Part shown: piece after piece, positions 25,201 to 38,000 of the stretch | How positions within the stretch are numbered: position 1 is the stretch's first letter | How the letters are laid out: each line of letters starts with the position of its first letter | NCBI GenBank assembly: GCA_002633005.1 | Contig: NMRA01000368.1 | Location: forward strand, 384,522-448,521 | DNA: 64,000 nucleotides | Direction: 5' to 3' | Source of the DNA: Phoronis australis | Taxonomy: Eukaryota; Animalia; Phoronida | Translations under genes and position numbers: made by a program | Notes under the pieces: model-generated | What the model was told of the DNA's origin: nothing | What the model saw: the letters and a program-made list of their open reading frames with translations, nothing else | Database searches by the model: none

Positions 25201-28200
25201 ATGGCTAATTTTCCACCAAGTTTGTCTTAATTTATCAAAATGAGTTTCCATAATGTCTTGGTGTAAAATGAGATTGTGTGATTTCAAATTATAAAAATTG
25301 TATGGTTTCAACTCCAGACAACAGCGGTTTCTAAATCGAGGCTAATCCAGACATCAATCTAGCATATTGCTATGCATTCCCAGGCCCCATTGTTCACAGG
25401 CCTTAAGTATCTATCACTGACAGTAGCTACTAAAGCAAATCATCATTCAATCGAAATCATATGCTTCTATTTTTGGCTAATTTTTATCATATTTCTTCAC
25501 ATAAAAATGATCCTTTCTTAACCAGAAGCTAAAAAGTTAAAAAAATCACCTGCAGTTATAGTCCACAATATATGAATTTGTTTCACTCAGTGTTTTAATG
25601 CTGTGAAATATCTAGTGCAGTATTGCTTTACTCCTCTCAGTAGGACCCTACATCAGATTCCATTATAAATAGTCCGAAAATTGTAAAGATTTTTTGATGA
25701 TTTACATGTCAAGTTTCTAATGGTACCTGGAAGTTGTAGATCAATTTATGGATGATTCTTTTTTGCTATTTTACTATTTTCCATTTAATGGCAGCTTCAT
25801 GAGAAATGATGTTCCTAATAACAAGCCAACTGGTATAATGCTGTCATTCTTATGAAAAAACAATTTTTATTTGTGTAGCTCATTTAATTTTATTTGTGGT
25901 TTTATCGTCCGAATTTCGTTCATATAGGTGTCAGATGATGAAGATGGGAAGACAGAGTTTGACAAAGAAGAAGAAAATATTGGCAACACATATAGTGACA
26001 CATTGCCCAGTGTCGGTCCTCCAGAAATATTAAAGGTACAGTCGTAAGGTTATGTAAATGTCTTGCCCAAAAGCTAATTTAAAAAACTGGTTTAGGGAAC
26101 TGTATTCATTTAAACACTCGCCAATCTGTGATAACTGAAATATTGACAAACGGTATACTGTTGTAAATAATAGGTATTAGAGAGACAATGACGCCTTTCC
26201 ATTTTCGGAATGGTTGGATATATTCTGGGCCATAAAGTTGTCATTTTTATGGTATTAATTAAATCCCTTAGAAATGTACTGTTTACACTTTCTGTTGCTC
26301 TGGTATGAGAAGGTGACAATTTGCTTTTTTTGTTTTTCCACTTCGTTTCTGCACATCTGTGAGTCTGAACACATCAGCGCAATGCCAGACACCTCACAGG
26401 ATTTGTGAGAGGGAGACATTACCTATTTCTGTGCACCCATGAATCTGATCGCATAAGGTTCTAAAGTTCAGGCCGTGTGAAAGTGACATCCCCTTTTTGT
26501 ACTCTTTCATTTTCTTTTCAGTACATCCGTGAGTCTGATCGCATCGATATAGCACCTGACAGTTCCACCCAATCATTTGAAGGAGACAGCTCATCAAGCG
26601 TGACTGGCGTCTGCGAGTTTTGCAAACAGCCAATCAAACCTTTCCCGACACTAGAGCAGCAGGAGACACTTCCCCCAGAACAACTATACTGCTGTGAGGA
26701 GTACAGGAACTTTGTTCACTTTGCCCTCAATATTCCTACAGATGACCTGTTGAAGCAGGATTATAAGATTGACATCAAACCACACGCTCATTATGGCAGT
26801 AAACAGGCGAGAAGGATAGCAAAGGAAAGGGCCACAATGAGGTATAGTGGTGACTCCAATGTTTATCTGTTATGAGATCCATCATTCTTTATATTGAAGG
26901 AAACTTGAAGTTAAGTGGCTATAAACCCATCTTCTATCACAAAAACTAACTTAGATTTCGGCTATTTACTGTTGTGAATTTGGTCTCAAACTGTTCCTTA
27001 GTCAAACTGGAGATCATTTTTGGACTTTTAAAGAACTTGTCTGCTAGATTGATATTGCTCGAGACCAGGCTCTGTAAGTTGGCTTGTCACTGTGGGTTAT
27101 TTTATGGGCCATGGATGATCTTAAGGAAATTAAAGTGTCAGCTCTTTGCAAACCCCGAAATCACTTCCCATCTGAGTGCAGTTGTGACCAGTTTTATAGA
27201 GAACCTGGTCTACATCAAGAGTTTGTTTCTTGGACAGAATGCGAGTTTTAATGTTGATGTAGACATTTGGTTTTAAATTTTGATAGTCTTCAACATTAAC
27301 ATATTTGGATGATTCTGTATTTGTGTCTACATTGTATTCAATTACCTGTGTGAATGTGTAATGTTTGTATTGTGTTTGTGCTTGTGTGTGCGTGTCTTCG
27401 TTTGTGTGTTGGCGGGCTGTGTTAGCATAGGATCAACTTGGAAGTGTAGTATATGTTATTATCTAGCCACAGAAAATACCTATATCATAGAATACCAAGT
27501 GGACACTGTGACAATACCTACTATTGTCTTCGTACATCTTCATAATTTGGGTATTGTTTGGCACATGACCACCTGTTGTGAACATTGGCTAGCTGTTTGA
27601 TATCTTTCCATGGTGTCAGGAGTAGGACAGACACTCGAGTGTGTTCCCTCATTCCGGTTTAATCTTACAGTTTGTACAACGTTAGTGACAATCATTTGTG
27701 TGTCTATTTCAGGTTGCGAGAGCGTGAATTGATGCGCCAACAGCAAGCAGTAGCAGCAGGCATGCCAACACAACAATCAGCATTTTACAATTGTAAGTTG
27801 AACTCACTACTTTATCATAGACTGTACAGCTAAGGAAATTCCAGTACCGTTTTCTTGCCACAGTTGATCTTGTGATCTCAATCCTGTGCGGTACATGTAA
27901 CGTGTGCATGGCAACGTGTTGTTTTCAAATCTTTGATGACCTGTCATCATTGGAAGTCTCGCGTAGTGTCATGTGGTGCAGTATTACTCTTTTAATCATT
28001 AACTTGTCATGCACATTACATTCTGTTGGATATGCAATCAATTAACCTTAATCAGCTAGTTTTACTGAAAAATAGATGGCTTATGGATCAGTTTTGATAG
28101 CTTTTTAAGTTTTGTAGTTGTCAAAGATGTGTTCAAACTTCATGTAAAAACTACTGTGATTCAATGCTTTTTTCACTTCGTCCAATCACAATTCAGGTTA

Positions 28201-31200
28201 AAGGTCAGGTTGCATGTTCCTCTCTTTCTGGCCCTTGTCAGAATGTCGGAGGGTAATATACCACTGTTGTGCCCGCATGCTCACTAAATTTTAACGTGGT
28301 ATTTAACAAATTTAGTGGATCAGGTTTGGCAAATAAGACTGCTGAAATCACATCAAACTGAATTTTTGTATTTTATACCTTAAAACTAGTCTGATACAGA
28401 AATTCCCAAGATGGCATATCCTTGCATTATCTAAAAAATATTGCAAAAAAAAACAATCTGAGGAGCTGGAAAAAACCTGTTCCGCAAGTATTGTAAAAGA
28501 ATGGAAAGACACATGGTTTAGGAAATTTTTGTACCTATATCAAAGATCACAATTCATTTTAGCTGTTTTATTCAACTCGCATCAGAACCTTTGAAGATGA
28601 TGAATAACGTTATCAACAAGTGTGTGCATTTTGTCAAATATTTGCACAACTATTGACTTCATCTTAGTAAAAAGTACGTAATCTATGGCATTAGAAATCA
28701 TCTAGAAGTTAATTTTGGACATTTTGCAAATTATTCTGATATTGATTAGATCATGTGACTGTTTCTGTTTACTAAAAGTTAACAAATAACATACATTTCA
28801 TAGGTTAGCAATGTACAGTATCATGGTCATTTTTTGTAAATAGTGAAGAAGAATTCACAAAAACATCGTCAGTTCTGTAAAACTATTGTTTCACATCCCA
28901 TGTTTTGCACTTTTATAGCTTCACCTTACATAAAAATGAAGCGTTTCAAAATCACCAAGATTGTATAGATCATAGTGCCTGAAAGTTGGTTTGAATGTGA
29001 CCAGAAATTTCTTAGATAAAATGTTACCTAGTTTTCCAAAATTTTGACAGTTTATCATGGCTAGTCATAACCTCAGTTAAAGGTGTATTTGCATGCTTCT
29101 AACTGTGCTAAGGTATACCAGGAACTCAAGGGTAATGTTACTTTAACATATTATCCTAGTAGATAACCAATAAGATGCAACTGTATTCATAGATAATTTG
29201 TAAATGTAAAAACATAAAATTTCTTCAAATTAATGACCGTTACACGTGTCATTCTCCAACAGCACATCGCAATACTTACTGAATATGGTTCAGTGAATCA
29301 TGACAGATCATTTTCACTCCGAAAGTCATTCTTAAAAAAACATTTAGCAACTTACACGCCAATTTTTATTCACATCATCACAATACGTTGTATTTGACCG
29401 AATTATCAGATATAATGATAAGCTGACATTCCACGAAAAAACTAAACTCCTACATTTTCTGACTATAGACTAGCTGCATTTAGAATTTGATTTTGACATT
29501 TTACCAATGTGACATTTTTGGTCACATGACCATGACTTTTTAGTAAGGCAAGGCGCATTCATCGCAAAACAACAGTATCAATATATGATGATCAAATTTT
29601 ATTTGATATAAGTATTCAAGAAGAGATCTCAAAAATGCAGTTTTCGGAAAACAGTGCATAAAGCATAGTATTTGAGAGTTTCATATGAATTCAATCGGCC
29701 ATTTCTGATGATGTTCCAATGTTAAGTAAATTTGGACATTTTTATAGGGTCTTTTAATTTGTTATCTTCAATGCCAGCAGACTTTAACATTTGGACTAGC
29801 TTATGTGTTGCAAACAACTTCTGTTTACTGAAATTCCAATCAATCTCTACTGTGCATTGTGATATTAGTAAGAAAGTAGAAAAATCAGTAACAAACAAAT
29901 TACAGGACTTTTTTCTGAATCAAATTTGTCTTACAACATTGTTATCTTATATATCTAAGAATTCGTTAATATGTCTCATTCACTTTGCACTGGCACCTTG
30001 TTACCTCAAATCCTTTGGCTTGTCAAAAACTCTGTCACAACTTGGAAAGTCCAAGGTGCATTAAATTTTATCCATTTTAAGTTAAAACAAATACTAGACA
30101 AAAAATCTCATCTAATGGTATTCATTTTGGTGTTGCATGTTACACATGTAGACTTGCCTTTCACTCAATAGTCGGCGGGATTCTCAGCAAACTTTTCACA
30201 TTGATAGCCTTTTAATGCCTTTTAATGATGTCATAATGTCATGATTTTGCTCTAGCAGTATTTTTATAATGTTTATTGGGATCAGATGTATATTTTGACT
30301 TGAAAAATATTACTCATCATGTAATGTCCATTTTGCTTGTCTTTTGAATTGTGGTATTCTGTTTATTTGCTGTTTTTAACATGACTTTTTCAATCCAGCA
30401 AGATCGAATTCAATAGTTTGGTCTCCTTATGGTGGTAACTTAAGTGTATTAAATAGTTTATTCACTGACACGTTATGTTGTGTTATATGTTACAGCATTA
30501 GTCTGTTACGTTACAGCAATTAGTGTAGTGTATGTCATTCTTCAAAATTCATAATTCGTGGTCAGATTGTTTTTCTGCATGCTTGATTCTAGTTGATTAT
30601 TCAGCTTAATTTATTGGTTAAACTTACAGTCATATATTGTGAATGAAATAGATTTTAGTTTTACATTCAGTTTCTGTTAAAATTGTAGAAATTGTCTGAT
30701 AACTTTAAGTTAACCTTGCTTTCAACTTAATTGATCGAGAACCTTTTACTTGCACTTTGAGACAAACCAAGGCAATATTTTTCAATATTTTTTCTGACTG
30801 TTCCAAGGTGTGCTTTCTTATGAGAGAAGTTATTCTTCAACTTAGCTATCTGTAAAACACCTGCCCAGGTGACCTTTTTACGGAGAGCAAAAATCAATGC
30901 TTACATTCACATCCCAGAGCTGTAGAGTTGGAGGATAGGAATCCTACTGTTCAGGAAGTGTCAGGAAGTGTCGCATAGTGAAGGGAAGAGGTGAAAAAAA
31001 TGAAACAGGATACAATAGCCAATATTTCTATTATAATTAATATAAAAGTAATAAAAAGCCAGTGACATTTGGACAGCTGCAATTGGTGTAGAGTCTCAGG
31101 GTTGGCTTTCTTCTCTAACGTGCATTATAACAGTACACCATGAATGTTATCTGTCATGACCTGTTTCCATGATTTTCTTTCTCAATATCGCACTCTTCTT

Positions 31201-34200
31201 TTCTAGTTGCCAAGCAGATGAAGACCATCAACTACCAGCTGTCGTCACAGAAATGCCAAGATGAAGGCTGGACCCACCGAGTGCCAACCCCGGCAGAAGA
31301 GCGAGAGCCCGAACCGCAGGCATTCGCAGTTGAGCCCATGGATTGGCCTGGACCAGAAGAGGATGAATTGGGTCAAGACCCATTGGCTTATGATGCCTTG
31401 GGAAGAAAAGTATGTGCTTATTTATATTTCCATCCACCCACGAGCGATTTTGTGGTCACATATGGTCAACTTCCCTTCTGTTTATCTGTCATTCTCTTCC
31501 TTTGCTTGTCAACTGATTATCACAGACACTTCTTGATTGATCTTGTTGAAATTTGACTCAAAAGTTATATGGCGAAGATGCGCTGATGCCTCTCATTTTT
31601 CTGATGGATTCCATTACCATGTCACCCCATGTTAGCCATTTTAGTTTCCAACAAGAAATTTCATGTCTATAATATGTATTCATGTATATTACCGAAACTA
31701 GACACAGAAGTGGGAAGGTGCTGCCATCAGTCCAGCTTCAGACAGATTTGACAACTGTTGCATCTGCTGTTGGTCATTTTAGTTTTTGAGTAAGAAACTT
31801 CTTGTTGATCAATTTTTGGCAAAACGACTTGGACAAATTTGTCGCAAATTAAATAGATGTATGTGGTAGGAATGCATCATCAGTCGCATTTCAGACGAAA
31901 TTGGCTCTATCCTAGCACACCCTGTTGGCAATTTGAAGTCTCAACTAGATTTTCCCTGTCCATCAATTGTTGTCCCAACGGCTTGGAATATTTTTATGAA
32001 ACTTTAGTGATACAAGGGCTTATTGCTGGGATACCCCGGCACCAGTCCTTTATGGACAAAATTGATTTTAGTACATGTAGCACTCCTGTTTGCCGTTTTA
32101 GTTTTCAGTAGGATTTTCTTTGCTCGTTGATGACTTATAATTAGTAAGCTTAGGGTTTGGTACGAATATTGAAATATCCATATGATTCCAATACCGATAC
32201 TGTCAATCCAGTACTGATACTGGCTCCATACTGATACACTTAATATCATTAAACAAAACTTACAAACTCTATATGTTTGGTGTTTAACTGATTTTAGCAA
32301 TATTTTTTTGGTTCTGGAGTGTAGGACCTGTGGTACTCTTGGTGCACGGCTGCATAAAAATGACATTCACTTGTTAACAGCTAGCTGGCTTCACTTGCCA
32401 AGAATTTGTTAAGTGAGAGTAGCCAAGTTAGTGTCACTAGAAGCCTACCATTTGCAAGGCAGTTGTTGGTGGATTTCAGCACATTGCAGTGCTCTTCATG
32501 TGCGTAGTGGTTTTTAAGACAGAATCAAATCTGATTCAACAAACAGTTAACATTCAACTCTAGGTGTGACCACTTCATTGTTGTGTTTAATGAGTGAATG
32601 TGTCCTCCTTTTCCAGATTTTCGTGCGTAATATAATTGAACGTTATTATGACAATGGAAGCAAGTTCCTGACTGTTTTTCCTGATGGAACTGGGCATGTT
32701 TTGTATCCTTTTGCTGTATTCATAATGAAATTGCTCTTGAATCATGTATGGTACCATTATCCTAGTAGTCATAAGTGTTTCCATTTTAAAAAGGGAATTT
32801 CCACTGTGCCTAAAAAGTTGAAGATTTTTTCTGTGCTTAGATTTGCACCATTGACTTTCCAGGCAGTGGACATTACCTTTTTAAAATGGAAAAAGAAATT
32901 AATGCTGCATCTGCCTTGTACCATTTCCTCACAAACCCAGTGTGTTGACTTTGAGCTCTTGTTTCACCTACATTTCACCTGTTCATCTCAAGTCAATGTC
33001 ATTGCAAGTCAAGCTACCATCTGTCAAACAAGAATATTTAGTTATAATTATTCCTTGACGCATGTTCAGCTATCCTTCTGGTAACATAGCCATATCCATC
33101 TCCTCGGTTGCACGTGGCCAGTTCAGATACGTGGTGCTAGACGACTCTACTGAGAAAAGGGTTGTCATTCTGGCTATGTTTGAGCCATCTGGAATTGGCA
33201 CCTGCAATTATAAAAAGGGCGGGGCTCCCAGGTAAGTCAACTGCTATGATAGTTCTTCACCTGGCATTTAGCACACAAGAGCAATTTTATTTTATGCCAA
33301 GAAGAATAAGATTCAAGGACTTTTGCTAGTAATTAGCTTTATTAGTACTATGTAGTCATTAACATAAAAGTTTCCATAGTTTGCAACAGAGTTATCAGCA
33401 TTTGAAAAATATGGAGATGTCAATTTTGGCAATTAGAGTTGTGCAAATCAACTGAATTAGAATTACAGTGCTGCTGTATACAGTCCTGTTTAGCTGGCTA
33501 AGAATGAAAATCGAATTAGGCGTTTTACTTTCATAAAAGTGGGTATCATATTAGCATGATAGGATGCTATATATGTTACCAACAAGAACATCAAAAGCAT
33601 CAGCAGCTCAAGATAATGGTTCAGAGTTTGTTGGGGTCGGCCAACCCTAAAATTTGAAACTGGCTCATGTGCGCATTGCCTCTGAACTGGAGTTGGTTAC
33701 GGTAAGGAATAGTATGAAACAGATTTTATGAAAGTAAAAAGCGTAATTTGATTTTCATTTACTATTCTGCCCAGCTAAACGGGGCAAAATTGTGCTTCAT
33801 TCTAGCTGGTGTATATCTCATAGTTCTTTCCCTTATTGTCGGACTTTATCAATACAATAATACAGCCTTATGTTGAATGCTTTCAAGCACATTTGAATAA
33901 ATGAAAACAAACCACGTTCCCCTTTCAGGCTGTACTTTGATCAGCTAGGTGGTGTTGAGCTCGACCACGAGGGGAGTCAAAAAAAGAAGTGGCATTGGCG
34001 AGACAAGGCGCACCACGTGCATGCTCCACCCTTTCAGCCCATCTGTATGTCGATGAACAAATATATCAGCCTTCGCGTTATGTCACAGGAAAACATTGCC
34101 ATGCAGTTTATGACGAAGCGACGCAGCTGCCGGTTCAATGTCGGTGTCCGTTTGAAGGTCAGTGGAAATTCAGTAAAAATTTGATTACTATCACAGTACA

Positions 34201-35082
34201 GTGGAAAAGTGGAATAAGTATATTTGTGTCAAGTTGCTATGAAAATGAGTTGCGAAAAATCAGTTTCGTTTCTTTGTGATTAATGCTTTTGAAAAACAAA
34301 ATGACAATTTTGGCAATCATTTATACTCAAAACTGACAAATCTTTAAAGTTAAGATCAAAGTTAGATTGACATTAATCAATGTTCCTTCAAGAAAATGTT
34401 GCTGTCTGCTCTAAGTAATGGATCTTTGTCTGTTTTCAGCTTGTCAACTCAAAGTACTTGCCAATAGAAGAGGTTGATGACAATAAACTATATATACAAG
34501 AAAAACTGACAACAATAGAGTAAGTAATGTATCCTAATATGGCGAGAGATGAAATCCCCGAATTGTGTGTACAAGTTATTGGCAGATTGATGAAAAACAT
34601 AAGAAGGCGGTGGTGTATTGTATATGTATAACAACATCTCTCAGGTTCTTTGGACACTGTGGTCGGACCCCTCATGATAACTTTTTGATATAATAGTGAC
34701 TTGAAGAGACAGGCAGCTACCCGTCACTCAATGTTTCCAGTAATTGAGGTCATTCACAGCAATTTCCGATGTCTTTGAAAAATGAAAAAGATCAAGGAAT
34801 TAGATCGATTTTGGCAATAATTGTTTCTGTTCAAAATTGGTGGCATTTTACAGATAGTAAGTTTAAATTCCTATTCCTTGTTGCAGGGCCATGATGGATA
34901 AGATTGCCAACATGTTGAGGTACCCTCGGTCCACCAAGGTCACCAAGATCAAGCCTCCGCTCTACCTCACAAGCAAGGCAGAGAAAAACGAGAGGTTGGC
35001 TGAGAAGTCAAAACGGCAAAAGGAAGAGGCAGCAGAAAGACAAAAGAATGCCAACTACAAACCCATTGTTTTGGTCACATGA
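21915..35082 (+). CDS. ERICH6: Glutamate-rich protein 6-like (ERICH6/FAM194 family), 13 coding exons, about 726 aa
   Basis: Exons 21915-22257, 23292-23462, 23983-24051, 24763-24896, 25928-26035, 26522-26841, 27713-27792, 31207-31409, 32617-32702, 33070-33231, 33929-34157, 34440-34519, 34887-35082; total 2181 nt, in frame. Acidic N-terminus, LPSVGPPEILKYIRES, CEFC...LYCCEEY, KTINYQLSS, and FAM194-type [28 protein letters not shown]...KKWHW...HAPPFQPI...FNVGVRLK. Confidence 0.88.
23292..23462 (+). CDS. ERICH6: ERICH6-like exon 2
   Basis: 171 nt, phase 1-1; alternative in-frame acceptor 6 nt upstream. Confidence 0.7.
23983..24051 (+). CDS. ERICH6: ERICH6-like exon 3
   Basis: 69 nt, phase 1-1, IKSGRQIISRIGSSQAQDAAPL. 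Confidence 0.6.
   Translation, partial: KSKVAGRSFQGLDRRKPKMQHP
24763..24896 (+). CDS. ERICH6: ERICH6-like exon 4
   Basis: 134 nt, DASENKLDAF...DDEFGVPLLELSSDSE. Confidence 0.78.
25928..26035 (+). CDS. ERICH6: ERICH6-like exon 5
   Basis: 108 nt, VSDDEDG...LPSVGPPEILK. Confidence 0.82.
26522..26841 (+). CDS. ERICH6: ERICH6-like exon 6
   Basis: 320 nt, YIRES...CEFCKQPIKPFP...LYCCEEY...AKERATM. Confidence 0.88.
27713..27792 (+). CDS. ERICH6: ERICH6-like exon 7
   Basis: 80 nt, LRERELMRQQQ...AFYN. Confidence 0.82.
31207..31409 (+). CDS. ERICH6: ERICH6-like exon 8
   Basis: 203 nt, AKQMKTINYQLSSQKCQDEGWT. Confidence 0.85.
32617..32702 (+). CDS. ERICH6: ERICH6-like exon 9
   Basis: 86 nt, [28 protein letters not shown], followed by a U12 donor. 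Confidence 0.88.
32703..33069 (+). other. U12-type (minor spliceosome) GT-AG intron
   Basis: 5' splice site GTATCCTTTT; branch site TTCCTTGAC at 33051-33059, 10 nt before the exon; no polypyrimidine tract; splicing restores [12 protein letters not shown]. Confidence 0.9.
33070..33231 (+). CDS. ERICH6: ERICH6-like exon 10 (not in ORF track)
   Basis: 162 nt, [25 protein letters not shown]...ILAMFEPSGIGTCNY. Confidence 0.88.
33483..33785. mobile_element. MITE with about 60-bp imperfect terminal inverted repeats
   Basis: GTCCTGTTTAGCTGG...GCGTTTTACTTTCATAAAA vs TTTTATGAAAGTAAAAAGCG...CCAGCTAAACGGGGC. Confidence 0.65.
33929..34157 (+). CDS. ERICH6: ERICH6-like exon 11
   Basis: 229 nt, LYFDQLGGVELDHEGSQKKKWHWRD...FNVGVRLK. 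Confidence 0.88.
34440..34519 (+). CDS. ERICH6: ERICH6-like exon 12
   Basis: 80 nt, LVNSKYLPIEEVDDNKLYIQEKLTTI. Confidence 0.8.
34887..35082 (+). CDS. ERICH6: ERICH6-like last coding exon
   Basis: 196 nt, AMMDKIANMLRYPRS...KPIVLVT-stop. Confidence 0.82.
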
Positions 35083-38000
35083 TGGTCACATGATGGTCAC
35101 ATGATGGCAATGCAATATCCGTTGCTGAAAATAGTCTTGTCTTGATCAACTGGGTTTAATAGATACGATTCTCTAATTGATATTTTCTATTGTTTTAGTG
35201 ATTTATTATTTTTATTTAGGGTTCTGTTTTCGTTAGTGAAAAGTAGAACATTTTGTATGTTTTGTCAACAACATATTTTCTAGTTTTGCACTTATTTCAT
35301 TAAGCACATAGTTTGAAACTGAACAGATTCATAAAGAAGGATATGCTTCAGGGTGTTAAATGCTCTCGCACAACTAAAGCATTTGAAGATACTAACTCCA
35401 TCTTTTGGTTGTTCTTAGTGACCATTCTATGCAGGAGTGAATTCAAGTTAATTGTCTATTGGCTTGTTTCATGAAGGGTGACTATAGTCTTAAGTCAGAC
35501 TTGTTGTCTAACATTCCTCAAAACACAACAAAATACAAAGACTGTTACCATATACCCAAAGTTCCTAATAAATCAGATAATTTGTGAATAATCCTTAACT
35601 ATGATGTTCTAACATTTACATTCTATATTACTTTATTTAGTACGAAGACATTGGTAATTAGAAAGAAGGTTGTGTAACACTAAATTTCTTGAGTCATGGC
35701 ACGGGCCCCAGAGTTTACCCAGTCAGTCATTTTTAAAAATGGCCGCTGGATGTTGCCAAAACATTAAAGGTCATCAATATATCTTGGCCAATTGATAACT
35801 GATAACCATTATCATAAACGCTTTCATTGTCATCCCATCTGCTCCAATTGTATGATGTATAATGCCTTCAGGTGTACGTCCTTCTGCTAAATTGTATATT
35901 TTGATCAATGTATTTTGATGGCTTGTGATGACAATTAATCTTTATGTTTGATAAGAATGGATTTTTTTCCATGATGCTGCTGATTATTATCCCTAGGTTT
36001 AGCTGTATTTACGTCTATCTATGCAATGTCCATTTCTTCCATCATTTTCTGTATAAGGTTAAAAGTTCTTTGCACGATCATCTTGTGCTGTTCTTGTACA
36101 CCCCAGTGTTCACAAACAAAAAGTGTCTGTCTGCCTCATTTCTCAATGTTTTGTACCTCTATTTCCTAGAGTCCCAAGCAGAACTAAATTAGATCAAGTC
36201 AAAGCTGTAAATTCCAACATCAGCAAAGCAAGTTAGCTATGAAGCACTCGTTGAGCTCCATTCATCCGCAGTTTTATCACGTTTAATTTGGAAAGCCAAC
36301 ACTCTGTGATGGAGTAGAAAAACAAAGGGCGTTGCCCCCAAAATGTGAATGAAAACAGTGAAAGATGGCACTCTATGTGGCTTTAAGGTAATTTCTGTAG
36401 TCAACTTTGGGGATCATTTACCCTCATTCTGTCACATTATTGTAGATGTAGGTAGTTATTTGATAGTTTCATAGTCATGAAGTTCCCAGACCCATGTTTA
36501 GGTATTGCCCAATGTGATTTTTGTGTTGTGAGATTTTATATTACATTCTGTCCTTAATAACAAGGGCTCAATGTTGCTGTAACAGACAATCGAATTATAT
36601 TCACTCGCGTAGCCATGGAGGCACAATGGGTCCATTCCCACCCCCCTCCCCCTATTTATTGCCACTCATCCCCCCTCACCCCTCACCAGTCGTTTGCCTC
36701 CCCCAAATTAGTGAATACTTTTGGCTACACCAGTGATTATACTTCAAATCTGTTATCATATTTTGAGTGTTTAAGTGGGTGATGAGGAAATTTTGCTTGT
36801 CTCAAAGGATTATTTTGTCATTTTCGTGCATGAAAGGAAATTCACTCCTGAAAATAGTCAGTTTCATGCCATCAACTGTCTTCACATTCTAGTGCCCTAG
36901 CTATCCCAAATCATTGGGGTTAAGTTGTCACTTAAATGCAATGTTTTCTGGTTTGTTTCATTTCCTTATGTTTTTAAAGAGTCAATTATGTTTTATAGTC
37001 ACCAGGCAAATTTTGTGCATGTTTTATGTCACCTGAAGCATATCAGATGCTCCATAGTTTTATTGGTAAGTCAACCAAATAATTGTTACTTTAGTCCAGT
37101 ATGCGCTTATGACTTCCTGCCATTCCTAAAGCCCTGTGATTCAGATGCGACTGTATATGATTATAAATATAAACATCAATGTTAAATTTTTGTTTGGTTC
37201 TTCAATTTGGTGAACTTTGGCGGGGGTTGTTCCTCGTTTGAACCCTGGGGCAATGTGATTGAGTGTTAGAACAGGTTCTTGAGTTCCGACACAGCACGGG
37301 TCAAATCGACGACTAGTCGTCTACCATTGGAAAAATAGCCTAGTGCTCTTCATTTCTTTACAACCTTCACTGACTACTACAGTGTAGACTTCAATAGAGG
37401 CTTTTACTGGCTGCTCTTGGGTGATGATTAACCATTTGTATCGCTGTGTGTGAGAAGTTTGAGGCCTTGTCGACACAATTTCATTCATTTCATTTGGAAG
37501 CTTTATTTTTCTTTGGGTGTTCAAAGAATTCTTTACGGAACTTCTTAATGAACATGGTGTGAAAAAAATTCAAGATTTTTGCGTTCTCTCGCCAATATTT
37601 TCTCATCCGAAATAATGCCTTTTTGCTGCCTTTTGATACCCAGGTGATTCGCGTTTTGGCGCATGTGCCCAAGTTTCGCATAAAAGCCGAGGCAATGTCC
37701 TGTGCATTGGAACCTATATTAATTCGCATGTAGGCGCGCCCGTTTTCTTTTCGAAAAATGATTTGCTTTTCATGAGCAACATTTTATTCAAAATACAACT
37801 TGACTCGTGTTTCATAGTGAACAGTGTCTTAAAAAGGCATGGAACACAAAAGCTCGTCAACAATAGCTTTTAAACAATTGCTTACGAAATAACCATCTCG
37901 CAATGACTACTACATAGTTGCTCGCTTTCTGTGTGAGAGAATTTCCAGCAACCACGAGTTTTGAAAAACTGTAGTCACCACAGAGTTTCTAATCTCCTCC

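Noticed and set aside
27611-27626. TGGTGTCAGGAGTAGG, similar to the Gypsy PBS or a tRNA-Leu 3' end
   Set aside because: No adjacent LTR, gag or tRNA cloverleaf found.
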